A DNA stretch of 64,000 nt from Macrostomum hystrix (lineage: Eukaryota > Animalia > Platyhelminthes). Shown piece after piece: positions 34,219 to 45,889 of this stretch. How positions within the stretch are numbered: the first letter of the stretch is position 1; each line of letters begins with the position of its first letter. The notes beneath the pieces are model-generated. The model was given only the letters and a program-made list of their open reading frames with translations. It did not search any database and was not told the origin of the DNA. A program made the translations under genes and the position numbers. The stretch is taken from contig CATNEN010000010.1 in the NCBI GenBank assembly GCA_950097015.1, positions 2,852,001 to 2,916,000 on the forward strand, read 5' to 3'.

Positions 34219-36549
34219 TTAAGTTATCGTATGCAGGATGGGAAACGCGTAATGCTTTCCCCTCAAATGCAAAACCATGGCCTTGGAAAGCACCTCGTGC
34301 AGCTTGACTCGCCGCACGGTCTCGGAAATGCCACCGAAGATGACAATATTGATCGACGCTGAATCAATCGTGGAATTGTACAATGCGCCCATACCAAAGA
34401 ACGGGAGGCACAGAAGGACTATTCCATTGTCGGTATTTAGGATGTACTCAATCTTCGCCGGAGTACCATCAGACAGAAACACGAAGCAGTCGGGTTCGTG
34501 CACAGTAATAATTGTATTTTTCTCCTTCAGATTGGCACTTGTGTGAGAAGTCAGCACTCTTAGCCCATGCATCTCGTCCGGCAACGAATTAAGTTGAGCG
34601 CTCAAAGAAACTGCCGCCGTGGTACAATGCTTTGGGAACAGACCGCAAGTGACATCCCTCTCCTTCACGCGCTTAACAACCTGCTCGAGACAATGGTTGG
34701 AGCTACGGCAGTACTTTCCAATGAAGTGGAGAAAATTCCCCCCCCAAAAACAGCTGAATTGCTCCAGTGGACCATGCATACGCACCTCGTCTGGAATGTG
34801 GATCAGCGCATGTATTGTGTGCACAATGAAATCGTCGCCCCATGCCGACCTACATTGGCGGACGAACCACTTCGCCAACGTTGCAGCGTATTCGCAAAAT
34901 TCGTAGCACCGCGGGTGTGACATTAGGAAGGCAATGGTGTGCAAACTCAAAAGCAGCTCGTACATACAATCGGGAAGATGAGGCTTTAGCACGACTGGTG
35001 CAAGGTACAAGACGAACAGTCTGAACTCAGTTGCCTTCCAGCAGCCGATAATGGACGTTGGTCGCGGCTTGCGCAAAAAGTCTCGAGGGATGAAACTGCT
35101 AAAGCTCACCAAATCGGCATCCATAGCTCGCATGGCTGCTGCACTGGTACGATATGGGACCGCAGCTGAAGTCAAACTTTTTATGCACTTAAAAACGGCT
35201 CCCTCGTAAATTAGGTGCATCGGATCCAGAGGGAAGCTCCAAACCATATCAACACTCGCTAAAGACAAAAACGGACTTGCAGTTAGTACATGCGTATCGT
35301 CATACACTCCTGACCGAAAATCGCGATCGTTGCGCAATGTGGCATCCGAGTCACAAAAGCAGACTTTTCTGTTTTTGTACTCGCCTTCAACGAGGCACTT
35401 GTCGCAGCCTGAGTAGCCCCAGCAGGCTTTTGTCCCTCGAATAAAGCTACGCGCAGGACTATCACACATTATCATTCCAACGACAAAAGGAATAGGACAG
35501 GATTCCTCATTTATCTTCAACCCATTTGCCTTGAGATTGGAAAGCTCGTCGATCAATTCGCTGAGGAATTCTTTAGCGCTTTCTGGCTTGTGCTTCCCAC
35601 AATAAAGTCCAATTAGAAACTCCGATTTAACAATCCCATGAAGCCGGCCAATGATGGGCCACATTGTAATCTGCGTGCTGTCAAACACCTGAGCACCGTC
35701 CAGGATGAGATCTAACTTTAGGCTGTTTATGCTTACGTCCAAACAAGACAAAACAAACTTCAACCCTGCAGCTAACCCAAAATGGAAATAGTTTCCAGGC
35801 TGCACACAGCGTAGAGAAAGAGTTCGGGGTGTTGACAACAGGCTGCGGTAGTCCCGAGGAAGTTGTGGAAACCTGCTATTCAGACGCTGCAGCAAGTCAT
35901 TCACAGATGATGTTGTCGGATTTTGTGACAGTGCCCATGAACGCAGAACTTGTTTTAAATGGTCAGAAGTCTCATCGAGAATGAACTGCCTGGCATCCAA
36001 CATATTGACCAGGTCATCGTTGTCTGCAAGTGAGAGAAAATGTACAGAGAAAAAAGAATGCTTAATAACTTTAATTATTTTTCATCATGCCTTTTATAAA
36101 TTTCAGTTATTTCTGTCATTCTGACCAGACATACAATTTTTTCTGACTTTCCCAACCAATATGTTTTCTTTGACTGCAATCATCATCAGATTTAATTAGA
36201 TTTCAAAGCAACAATATAAGCACTTACCAATGGCTCTGCCACTGTCAATGGGTGCAGTTTCTTCATGAATTAGCACTGTATCTTCATTGATGCTTGAACC
36301 ATTGTTTTGCACTGAATATGCTCTATCATAGTGCAGTCAAGCCACATTTGGCAAGATTTTATCATCTTGCAAAGTTGTGGTATCAATTGGCATGTCCTTA
36401 TTATCATTATTATCTTCATGACATGGTCTATTTTCACTCAAAGCAGTATGCATATAATCATCTTGTAGGTGCTGTAGTTCTTGTGCTATTACACTACTCT
36501 CATAAGCATCTAATGAGTTCTCAGCAAAGTCAAAGTGGTCAAAACTCAT
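34219..36549 (-). CDS. CACTA/EnSpm-like transposase of element A (594-aa main exon plus upstream exon)
   Basis: ILDGAQVF..MWPII; CDSPARSFIRGTK..GCDKC; DPMHLIYEG; WKATEFRLF; HALIHIPDEV. Putative upstream exon 36549-36229 (GTAAGT donor, one internal TGA) joins the acceptor at about 36025. Confidence 0.85.
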
Positions 36550-38603
36550 AGTTAAGAAGTCTGAAAATATATCACAAATAGGACAATGATATTAAAGATA
36601 TCACTTGACACTACTACTAGGCTACTACCAAATTATATATATAGAACTTCATAGAGTATATTTTAACAAGTTAAACTATTGTTCAAATCAAAACCTTGGA
36701 TACAACTAATTAAAATTTTCTAGAGGATTAGAAATGTTAAAGTTTTATGCAAGCTAACTGGTGATAACTAAGAGAAGCATGGCCTATTAGTTAAGGAAAA
36801 TACTATAAAATAATTATTTTTTTATTTCTTTATAAGGTTTATTATCAGCTTTTTATATTGATATGTAATAATATTTTCACCTTATACCTAAATATTTCTG
36901 ATCAGAAAGTTAAATACAATGAGGTCAAAAAATTTTCTTTTCAAATTTATTATACTTATACCAACTTAATCTCTTACATAAAAAATGAAATATCTATCAA
37001 TGTTTAACAATCCTTTTTGGCTTATATTGATTCTATTGCTGCTATAGGGTAATATAGTAATAGGCAATAGCTATGTATTACATATTATTTACACTTGCTA
37101 CTAGCTAGGCTATCGAGCTCTAGGCTTAGTCTAAACATAAAAATGCAGAATGTATCTTATGCATCTTATCAAATTATGCAGTTTTATTCATAGGTACTTA
37201 CAACTAGCTAAAAGTACTTACTACGGGCCTAAAAAGCAATATAATTATAAAAAAGAAGAGTAGCAACTATGGCAAACTAACCACTTTTTTACTTTTAAGA
37301 CTTAAAATAGGCAAATAGCAAGCTTAAAATAAAAATCTTAAGAACTCTAAACACGACTAAAGTATATCTCTACAATATCTCTACAATACAATCTCTACAA
37401 GACACCAGCTAGAATTTGGCAGCAATTAGTAAATTTCAAGCAAAAAAGCGTGCAAGCTCGTTCTATAAGAGCAAATCAGCATTTAATTAGCATTTAAAGT
37501 GTTCTATTTACCAAAATATGCTTGAATGAAAGCTTGAGTGAAGCATGCATATTAATTATTGCGTGCGTGAAAGTCCATTCAAAACTAAAATTCTTGAAAC
37601 TTTATTTTTAGTAAAATTCAAACAGAAGAAAACTCGCCTACATTAACAGAATTTTTGTATGCTTGTTTGCCATTTTAATAAAGTTGTCTATAATATATAT
37701 GTTTCTTTTGTTTTAGTTTCTGCTGCCATTTTTATGTTACGCCGTTTATATTGTATCAACGTTGAGATTTGTCGCTAAAGGAAGAAGCGGGGCATGCAAC
37801 AAACGTCAACATTGCTGCAACATTATTTGGCATTGTGGGCCCCTAGTGCCAAGTTTGTTGCAGCACTGTTGCAGGAACGTTGATGCCAACAAGTAGGAAG
37901 ATGTTGATGAACTGTTTTATTTGTCGCGCTCAGGAATGTTGCAGGAATGTTGATGTGCAACATTGAAAAATCAACCAGATAGCAACCTTTGTGCAACCTC
38001 AGTAGCACTGGTATATATACTACTTATTTATTAATGTTCATTGCTGTAGCCATTTGGTGCAAACTGGTAATAAAGCGAACGAAATAGTTCAATTTAATTT
38101 TAATTTAGTGAAAGTAAAGAAAACATTTTATAGAAACCACAATGCTCCAGTAGTAATTGTTTGACGTATGCAAAATAAATATATAGAAGATGGACAAAGT
38201 CAAAGACACCTATGATGCTTTATAATGCAGATGTATTTTTAATTAAGTGCCTTTAATGTTATTCAATTAAACTTTCAGAATTCAAACAAGTAAATTCAAT
38301 GGCAGATAGATCAGCTGGGATATGGAGCTACCCAAAGGAAGAGTGTTGGGGTACATCTGCTTTAATGCAGATTGAATTAGTTTTGAATTAATTAATTTTT
38401 TTATTAAATGCCGTTAATGTATTCAATTAAGTAACTCAAAGGGAATATAGAGAAACGGTACCATCAGTAATGATGGCCACGTCTTCATCAGCTGCCAGAT
38501 CATCTGGAAAGGAACCGTTCCTGTTCAGCAAAGCAGCCCCCTCTTCTTCATCATCCGCCTCTTTTTCCTCGTCATCGATCTCTTCTTCGTCGGGCTCTTC
38601 TTC

Positions 38604-41600
38604 TTCATCTTCTTCAGTCCTTTTCTCGCCTCGCGGCGTGGACGCTCTGCCGCCGACTCACTGGCAGGTCTTTCGATGTCTGGCCATGTTCGTGCGGGCC
38701 AGCATCCTCCCGCAGTCCGGGCACGGAGCTCTGGCGCTCTTGTAGATCCGCGCCGTAATCCCCGTCGTCTGCTGGCCTCTCCCCGTTGGTACTGCTGCTT
38801 CTTCTGCCCTCTCGTCCGGTGTCGCGCCCGCCTCTGGCTTCCTTCCGTTCTCCTTGCACCGTTTCCTATGCCGCGCGTGATTGGACTTGCTTATCCACTT
38901 GTTGCACTCTCCGCAGTGGACTTCTTTCGCCGATCGCTCCTCTCCTCCGCACCTCTTCTGGTGGTTTTTTCTTGTCGCCTCCGTGAAGAAGGTAGCGTTG
39001 CACTTTAGGCACGGCAGCGGTGTCTTCGTAAATTGATGGTGTATCCTCCGTTGGTGTACGGCTAACCCGGCTCTCGACGCGCACACCTTCCCGCAGTTCT
39101 CGTAATTGCACCTGTACCCGGTCAGCTCCGATTCCACTTCTCCGGCTTCTCTTTCCTGTGCTGTTTCTTCCTCAGTCGTCTCTGCTTTCTTTCCTTTCTT
39201 CCTCTCGCTCTCCTCCAGCGCTCTTTCCCTGATGCGTAACTTCTTTCTCCAAGCCTCTCTATCGGTCACCAGCCTTTCGACCTCCAGCTCATCGATTTCT
39301 GCCGTGCGCAGTAGCTTTCTCCATACCGAGATGATGGTCTGCCTTCTCTTCCGCGCTTTCTTGATGGTAGTCAGCTTCTTGCTCCAGCCGAGGACACATC
39401 TTTTGACGGTGCTGGTATCCGGGAGTCTGAGTACGTGGCCTAGCCTGCGCCAGTGGGCCGATTCGACTTTGGCGCCGATGCTTCGGACCCGCAGTTCGTT
39501 CCGCACGTCCCACATGTTCACTTTTTTTCTCTCCATTTCTTTTAGCGGTGGTTCGGTCTTGCTGCTCCACACGTACCGATAACGACGGTCCATTGCCTGC
39601 TGCATCCGCTTAATTTCCGACTTGTGGAAGGGCCGGGCGCCTGCATTGAAGAGCATCGTGCTCTCAACACAGGTCTCTATGATCCTAGCTTGGGTGCGTT
39701 TGCTTAGTCGTGTTTTGCGTAGCATGCATTTGACTCCCGCCCACGCTTTGGCAGCTCTCTGCAGCCGCTGGGCGGTGTCCTGCTTTCTGCCGATCCAGGT
39801 GCCCAGTATCCGGATGTTCTGACTCTCAGGTGTTCCTAGCTTAGCTCGCTCTTCCTTCTCATCGTTCGTCCGTTCTTCTAGGATTCCGATGGTCTCGATG
39901 ACGGTTCTCGTCCCTTGCTCGATTTCCTCGGATCCCCCGACAATAGTGGTGTCGTCAGCGAACAGTACTTCTGTGATTGTTATCTCCGCCGCTTCTTCGT
40001 TGTAACCTCCCATCTTTTTAGGCGGTAAGCATTTGCCCGGTCGGCAAACCCACTTGATTCCGCATTCGGCCCCGGTGTTCTTCGCTTTTTCCATGCGCCT
40101 CTCTTTTGCTATCCGTATCGCCGTCTGGTGATAGATGTTGAAGAGGATAGGCGATGTGGCGCAGCCTTCTCTCAGCCCGCGTTGTGGGTAAAATTCGGAA
40201 CTTGTCTCCGCGCCGCACCGTACCGTGTACGCGGTGTACTCGTGCAGGTCTGCCAGCTTTTTTATCGTGTGCTCCGGCATGTGCTGATGTTTCAGCAGTT
40301 CCCAAAGAGCCGGCTTGTTTACCCGCGGGTAGGCCTTCTTAAGGTCTAGCAAGACTAGGCTGGTATCCATCGACTCTGCCCATTCTGGGCTCTCTCTGAT
40401 CTTCTCGGCGTCCTCGTTCAGTCTGAGTATGATCTGGGTCGCATCCATAGTGGACCGGCCGCTCCGGAAACCGAACTGGTTGTCGTCTAGCAGACCCATG
40501 TTCTCCGTCCATGAGCTCAGCCTCGTCGCCAGTATCCGAGCGAGTATCCTGCTTGCGACTGGTAGGAGGCAGATCCCTCTGAAATTATTGAGGTTCGCCC
40601 GATCGCCTTTCTTGTGGAGTGGTATGATTACACCTACTTTCTGGTCCTCCTCCCAGGTGTCCGCTGGGTTGTTCCAGATGTAGTGCACTGCTTTCCGGAC
40701 CTCCGCTTGGGCCATTGCGCACGCGCTGGTGATGTAGCGCATTCGGATGCCGTCTAAGCCCGGGGCCCCGTCTTTGATCTTTTTGATTTCGTCGTCGATC
40801 TCTTTGTTTGTTAGTGGTCTGGACAGCCGGTCATTGGCTTCCTCTATCGTAGCCTTGTCTACGCTTGGCTTTGGGGCTGACCTAATTAGATTGAGCATTT
40901 CCTCCTGGTCGTTCTCGAACCGTTGCTCCTGGATCTTTGACAGGTGTTCCTTGAAGTCTTCCGCCGTGAACAGTGGTACTGTTCTGCTGTTGTTCTCATT
41001 TTGCTTTGTGTTCCTGCCCATCTTCCGTAAACAGTCGTACATCCCAGCCACGTTTCCCGTGTCGCAGTTCCGCTTGCACTCTTCGGCAATCTCCATCCAC
41101 CACTGTTCCATCCACTCTTGGAGTTTCTTCTTCTGCTTTCCCCGCTTCTCTTTCAGCCCTTGTGTGGCTCGGGTCAAGGCCACCGTCCGCTCTTCTACTG
41201 TTAGGGTCCCTTCGGGTGACTTCTTAACTCGGTTGCGGGCGCTCAGGGCGTGCTCCACTTCTTTGTTAAGTTCTGCCAGCTCTTCTTCGTGCCCTACCAT
41301 CCACGGGTTCGTCTGTCTCGTCTTTGGGCCGCAGATTTCTCTCGCGGCTTCAAGCATCGTTTGTTTCGTCGTTTCCCAGTCGGTCTCGCCCTTTCCAGCT
41401 AGCACTTCCTCCGTCTTATTTCTGTATAGTTCGCGTACGCCGACATCGCGGAGCCGGTCCCAGGCGATTTCGTTTTTTTGGTTTTTTGGATACTTCCTGG
41501 TTGGTTCCGCGCATCTCTCCGCGAATCTTCTCTTCAGGGTGATGACCTTCGGTAGGTGGTCGGACCTCGTATGGTGATTCGGATCGTGGTCGGTCCTGAT

Positions 41601-42777
41601 GTTCCCGATGATCCGGTGTCTCTGCTCTTTCTTGGTGATGAAGCCGTCAATCTCGTACCATTGGTGTGACCTCGGGTTCCGCCAGGTGCCTTGCTTCTTC
41701 TGCCTGTAGAAGGTGCTCGCCCATGCCAGGCCTAGGCTTTCTAGCCAAAGAAGTAGGTCTTCACCCTGTTGGTTCGTTGGTCCGATTCCATAACGGCCTG
41801 TGCTCGAGAGACGGTGCACTCGGCTCCCAACGCTGGCGTTGAAATCTCCACCGATGATTAGTACAGCCTTCTTTGCAAAGGTGTTCAGCATCCTTTCGAT
41901 TTCTTCTCGGATCTCATCCACTTCTTCCTCGTACTCTTTACCCTTCTTGACCGGTTGGTATACGGCTACCAGGATCACTCCGCCTATTTCCAGCGCAAGT
42001 GTTCGTTTCATCGGGTGCATCTTCCTCCCAGTTTCGTTCCACATTGTCCAGGCTGTTTCTCCCAGAAGCATTCCCACCTTCTGGGAGTGGACTAGGTGCA
42101 TCTCTGCTTCTCTGTGATGGTAGCTTCTGATGCCAACGCCAGGTGTGTCAAGTTCGGATAGGAGGGTGACGTCCCATCCCTTTCCTATCGCGTACTTAAC
42201 GACCTCGCCGAACCTTCCGCTTCCTACGTTCGCTCTGCGCATATTCCACGTCGCTAGCTTTATGTCGTTATTGTGCCACCTCTCATTTGCCCTCCTGGCC
42301 TTCTCTCTAGCTTTCCTATCTCGTACCTTTTTTCGTCGTGTGGTTCGTCTGAGCTTCCGTGCCGTCTTTTGTGCTGGACGCCTCGGTCCTGGGTTCTTTT
42401 CGATGGTCTCGAGCGCTCTGCTGATTTCAGCCCTTCGCCTTTCCTTGCTTTCTGGGTACGTGCAATTACTCTCTTCCTTGTTCGCTTCATGCTCCTTCTT
42501 TTTTTTTTTTTGATATTTTCCGCAGCAGTTCCTCACTCTCTCTCTCACTTTCGGCAAAGCTTTCAACCTTACTGTTGTTTCGAGAGGTGCCTGGGTCGGT
42601 TAGGTCCAAGCCACTCTGTTGCGAGGAGGTTTGCCCATAGACCGCGGCTGTTACGCCGAGGCTACGGGCCTCTCTCCCCCCCCCCCGATTCTGCTTTGCC
42701 AACCGGGTTGCTCCGGTTGCCCGCTTGGCACCGCGTGTTGACGGCACGCTTCGTGGAGGTGCAGAATCTTGCCAAGC
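38604..42777 (-). mobile_element. RTE-like non-LTR retrotransposon
   Basis: 19-bp TSD CTTCGTCGGGCTCTTCTTC (38585-38603, 42778-42796); (GAA)n-type 3' tail. Confidence 0.9.
38658..42566 (-). CDS. LINE ORF: AP endonuclease + RT + C-terminal zinc fingers, 1302 aa
   Basis: LATWNMR, IIGGDFNA, SDHLP (APE); QFGFRSGRST, GLREGCATSPILFN, LFADD (RT); four Cys/His finger motifs. The tracked start is TTG; the true N-terminus is probably upstream via a frameshift in the poly-A run at about 42499-42510. Confidence 0.92.
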   Translation of the reverse strand: MKALPKVRERVRNCCGKYQKKKKKEHEANKEESNCTYPESKERRRAEISRALETIEKNPGPRRPAQKTARKLRRTTRRKKVRDRKAREKARRANERWHNNDIKLATWNMRRANVGSGRFGEVVKYAIGKGWDVTLLSELDTPGVGIRSYHHREAEMHLVHSQKVGMLLGETAWTMWNETGRKMHPMKRTLALEIGGVILVAVYQPVKKGKEYEEEVDEIREEIERMLNTFAKKAVLIIGGDFNASVGSRVHRLSSTGRYGIGPTNQQGEDLLLWLESLGLAWASTFYRQKKQGTWRNPRSHQWYEIDGFITKKEQRHRIIGNIRTDHDPNHHTRSDHLPKVITLKRRFAERCAEPTRKYPKNQKNEIAWDRLRDVGVRELYRNKTEEVLAGKGETDWETTKQTMLEAAREICGPKTRQTNPWMVGHEEELAELNKEVEHALSARNRVKKSPEGTLTVEERTVALTRATQGLKEKRGKQKKKLQEWMEQWWMEIAEECKRNCDTGNVAGMYDCLRKMGRNTKQNENNSRTVPLFTAEDFKEHLSKIQEQRFENDQEEMLNLIRSAPKPSVDKATIEEANDRLSRPLTNKEIDDEIKKIKDGAPGLDGIRMRYITSACAMAQAEVRKAVHYIWNNPADTWEEDQKVGVIIPLHKKGDRANLNNFRGICLLPVASRILARILATRLSSWTENMGLLDDNQFGFRSGRSTMDATQIILRLNEDAEKIRESPEWAESMDTSLVLLDLKKAYPRVNKPALWELLKHQHMPEHTIKKLADLHEYTAYTVRCGAETSSEFYPQRGLREGCATSPILFNIYHQTAIRIAKERRMEKAKNTGAECGIKWVCRPGKCLPPKKMGGYNEEAAEITITEVLFADDTTIVGGSEEIEQGTRTVIETIGILEERTNDEKEERAKLGTPESQNIRILGTWIGRKQDTAQRLQRAAKAWAGVKCMLRKTRLSKRTQARIIETCVESTMLFNAGARPFHKSEIKRMQQAMDRRYRYVWSSKTEPPLKEMERKKVNMWDVRNELRVRSIGAKVESAHWRRLGHVLRLPDTSTVKRCVLGWSKKLTTIKKARKRRQTIISVWRKLLRTAEIDELEVERLVTDREAWRKKLRIRERALEESERKKGKKAETTEEETAQEREAGEVESELTGYRCNYENCGKVCASRAGLAVHQRRIHHQFTKTPLPCLKCNATFFTEATRKNHQKRCGGEERSAKEVHCGECNKWISKSNHARHRKRCKENGRKPEAGATPDERAEEAAVPTGRGQQTTGITARIYKSARAPCPDCGRMLARTNMARHRKTCQ

Positions 42778-44110
42778 CTTCGTCGGGCTCTTCTTCCTCG
42801 TCCGCCTCTTCGTCATCGTCGCCGTCGACTTCTCCATGAAAGGCACTACGCTGGGCTGCCAGGGTCGTTTTTTTCTTGCGGCGTTCTCGGGTCACCGCCT
42901 GACGGAGGTAAGCAGAAATGGCCGACTCGATGGCGTCATTTTTAGCTTCTTTGTGGCAGCTCCACACAACATCTGAGAAAATGTTGGATGAAAATAACAA
43001 AATAGATTTAAACGAAGAAGCGTATTTATCTTAAAAGGCTGTAGAAAACAACAGAAAAAGACAAGCATTGCCTACAACAAAAATTACTTACTTTTGATGA
43101 ATGGTAACAATCCTGTAGACTCGAAGCTTTGCTTCGATACTCCACTCCGGACAGCTCCGCGCAGACTGAATTTTTGTGCCACAGTGTCGTCCATGAGACG
43201 ATAGAGAATGTTGGATACGGACTTCGGTACTTGTTTACCACAAAGCCGTCGAAAAAACTGAAACTGAAAGAAGCAAATTAGTAAACATGGTTAAATTAAT
43301 GGATGTATGACATTATACTACGCAGTTTGTTGCTGTTGCAATTTTAAATTTTAGGGGAATTAAAAAATGAATTCTGCAAAGTTACAGTTCTGAATATTTT
43401 ATCTGTAATCGAATATGCAAAATCCACCGTATTGCCATTGAATTACCCATAGTCACCTTTTTGTATGTACTGCTGCCTTTAAAAGATTCTAAATGACAAC
43501 CCATTCTTTGGTACTCACAGCGTCATTAGAACAGTTTCGATCACTCGTCAAACGCTTAGCCCAATCTTTCAGAGAGTCGACCGAACTGCCAGTAAATGGT
43601 AAATCCTGAAGGATGGGTCTGTCAGTAGGCTGTCGAACAGCAGAACTGGCTCCGACACCACGAGAAGAGCTCGAGTTTTGTAGAGTTAAGACCAGCAGGT
43701 GGAGATCGCTCAGTTTTGAGGATAGGACGCCGATGGAACTATGCATCGAGCGTTGGACGTCTGAAAGTAATTCAACGAACGTACTTGGGCGCCAGGCAAG
43801 AACACACATCTAGAGGCTTAAATCGATTGCGATTAAATCGATCAAGAAAATAAAATAAATGCCACAATTATTAAACCCTTAAAGAAAATTCCCCTTTTCC
43901 AGATGTAAACATGCATATTGCGGTACAATGTTACTTTGGCACTAGCTTCTAATATGAAGCCGTTTTAAACTTACTTTCAAGGCGTGTCAAAGTTGTGACG
44001 ATCGTCTCTAATGTGTCCTTAAAATCTGCGTCGGAATGGCGCACCGAAGAGGACCGGGCGGTTGCAGAATGCTGCTCCAACGGAAAAGCTGCCGCAGAGG
44101 CGGCGGCGGC

Positions 44111-44460
44111 AGGAGCGAAGCTGCGTGCCAATGGGCTCTGGCTGCTGCATTGAAGCGACGGAGAAGCTGCGGTGGCAACGGGAGCGAAGCTGCGTGCCAA
44201 TGGGCTCTGGCTGCTGCATTGAAGCGACGGAGAAGCTGCGGTGGCAACGGGAGCGAAGCTGCGTGCCAATGGGCTCTGGCTGCTGCATTGAAGCGACGGA
44301 GAAGCTGCGGTGGCAACGGGAGCGAAGCTGCGTGCCAATGGGCTCTGGCTGCTGCATTGAAGCGACGGAGAAGCTGCGGTGGCAACGGGAGCGAAGCTGC
44401 GTGCCAATGGGCTCTGGCTGCTGCATTGAAGCGACGGAGAATCTGCGGCTGCGGGAGCAA
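44111..44460. repeat. 69-bp tandem repeat, about 5 copies, encoding a 23-aa S/P/A-rich unit
   Basis: Unit GGAGCGAAGCTGCGTGCCAATGGGCTCTGGCTGCTGCATTGAAGCGACGGAGAAGCTGCGGTGGCAACG. Confidence 0.95.
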
Positions 44461-45889
44461 AGTTTTGCCTCGACTGGAGACAATTAGGATTAGGAGACAA
44501 TGCCGATGCTGAATTACTTGTGCTGATAATCGACAGAGGCTGAAATTGCTGCTGCTGAACTTGAAACCTAGGCGGTGCTGTAGATGAATTCTTTGCAACA
44601 TTGCTTTTTTGGCTTCGTAGTAGCTTTGTTTCGAACCCTTGGTTGCGAATCATAACTTTCTTGGTGAAAATGCATGACATCTCGACGCCTTCGAGGATTT
44701 TCAGTATCCGTGGAATCGACATCTCCCCAATCTTCATATCGCTTGCTCGCAGTGGCAGCAGAGTGATAGTTCTCTGAATAGAAGGAATTAAAGCGGCAAA
44801 TTGAATCTTAAATAGTTTTGAAAAGAACATTGACATTTTAAATTTCTTTTGCCTGAAAACACAATTAAGCAATTTTCTCAGAGTTCAACTACGTCTGAAT
44901 GATTGTATGCAGAATTTTTTTGCACAAAAATTGAGCAGTTTAGCTCACCTTTGGATGTAAGAATACAGACTTCATATGCTGACCAACTGTCGTCGGGTGG
45001 TGACTTTTCCGGATTCGCAATGCAACTTTTGAATTTCTTGACTGGGGGAAACAAAGCAGTAGTCTCGCTCTGCATCCATGAGCGGTGAATTACTTCAACT
45101 TCATTGGTTTCAACAAAGCGAACTACAACAAAAACAAAGCGAACTACAACAAAAGGGCTCATGTCCATGCTTTCAATTCTCAATGAGGTCTGCTGAAAAG
45201 ATAATGATTGAAGCTTTGTCTTAACAATATTGTGTATAGAAATATGATACTTAATGTAATATAATGAGCATAAATATTATAAATGAGTAACTAAATAATG
45301 CACTATTTCTTCCATTCTTAAATTCAGTAATGTTACATTTAAGCAGTGATGGGCACCGCTAAATTTATTTTTAGCGCGGCTAAATAGCGCTGTCGCTAAC
45401 TAGTTAAAGGAAAGATTTTATAAACAGTCACTAAAATCAATTATTGGTGCATTTTTGCAAAAACAAAACAATTGTGTGTAAATTGAATCAATTGAAATTT
45501 GTTATACACTTATAGTCATAATAGACAGTTAATAAAACAAAGGCGTATATGGTGTAACCATGATATTTTTATTGCACTAAATAAAAAAAAAATACATATA
45601 CATGAATATGATGATGATACTATGATAGAATGAAGACAATTGAAGCCGAAGATTTAAAGCACCAATTATTGATTTCATTGACAATTGCACTTTACAAGTT
45701 ACAAAAAAATTTGTGGGATGCACAAACACTTGCATGGAATAATAGTCAAGGTTTAATGATCAACCAGGGTATGCAAAATTGGGAGAATACACTTGCGGCT
45801 TCTTAGGCTAAGGAGCATTGCCTTACCAAAGAAGTCTACCCAGTGCACAGCAGTGAGTGAGCCACTTAGTTTTCCAACTTAAAAGATAT

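Larger units (their letters stand above)
29091..37839 (-). mobile_element. CACTA/EnSpm-like element A (CCC termini)
   Basis: Left CCCACAGCGCCA..ATTGCAGCAAT and right reverse complement CCCACAATGCCA..GTTGCAGCAAT; CATTGCAGCAA subterminal repeats; transposase plus spliced accessory gene. No matching TSD. Confidence 0.8.
38436..45183 (-). pseudogene. Spliced DUF4806-like accessory gene of element B, last exon split by the LINE
   Basis: FVVVRFVETNEVEVIHRSW..; 69-bp repeat exon; QDLPF..LKDWAKRL; GKQV..VSNILYRLMDD..SLRGAV ends at a GTAAGT donor; last exon VVWSCHK..ISAYLRQA plus acidic tail that rejoins in frame when the LINE and one TSD are removed. Confidence 0.65.

Noticed and set aside
45344-45685. 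hAT-like start CAGTGATGGG and a 24-bp imperfect inverted pair (about 45427/45683)
   Set aside because: No partner TIR or TSD could be established; too weak to call.
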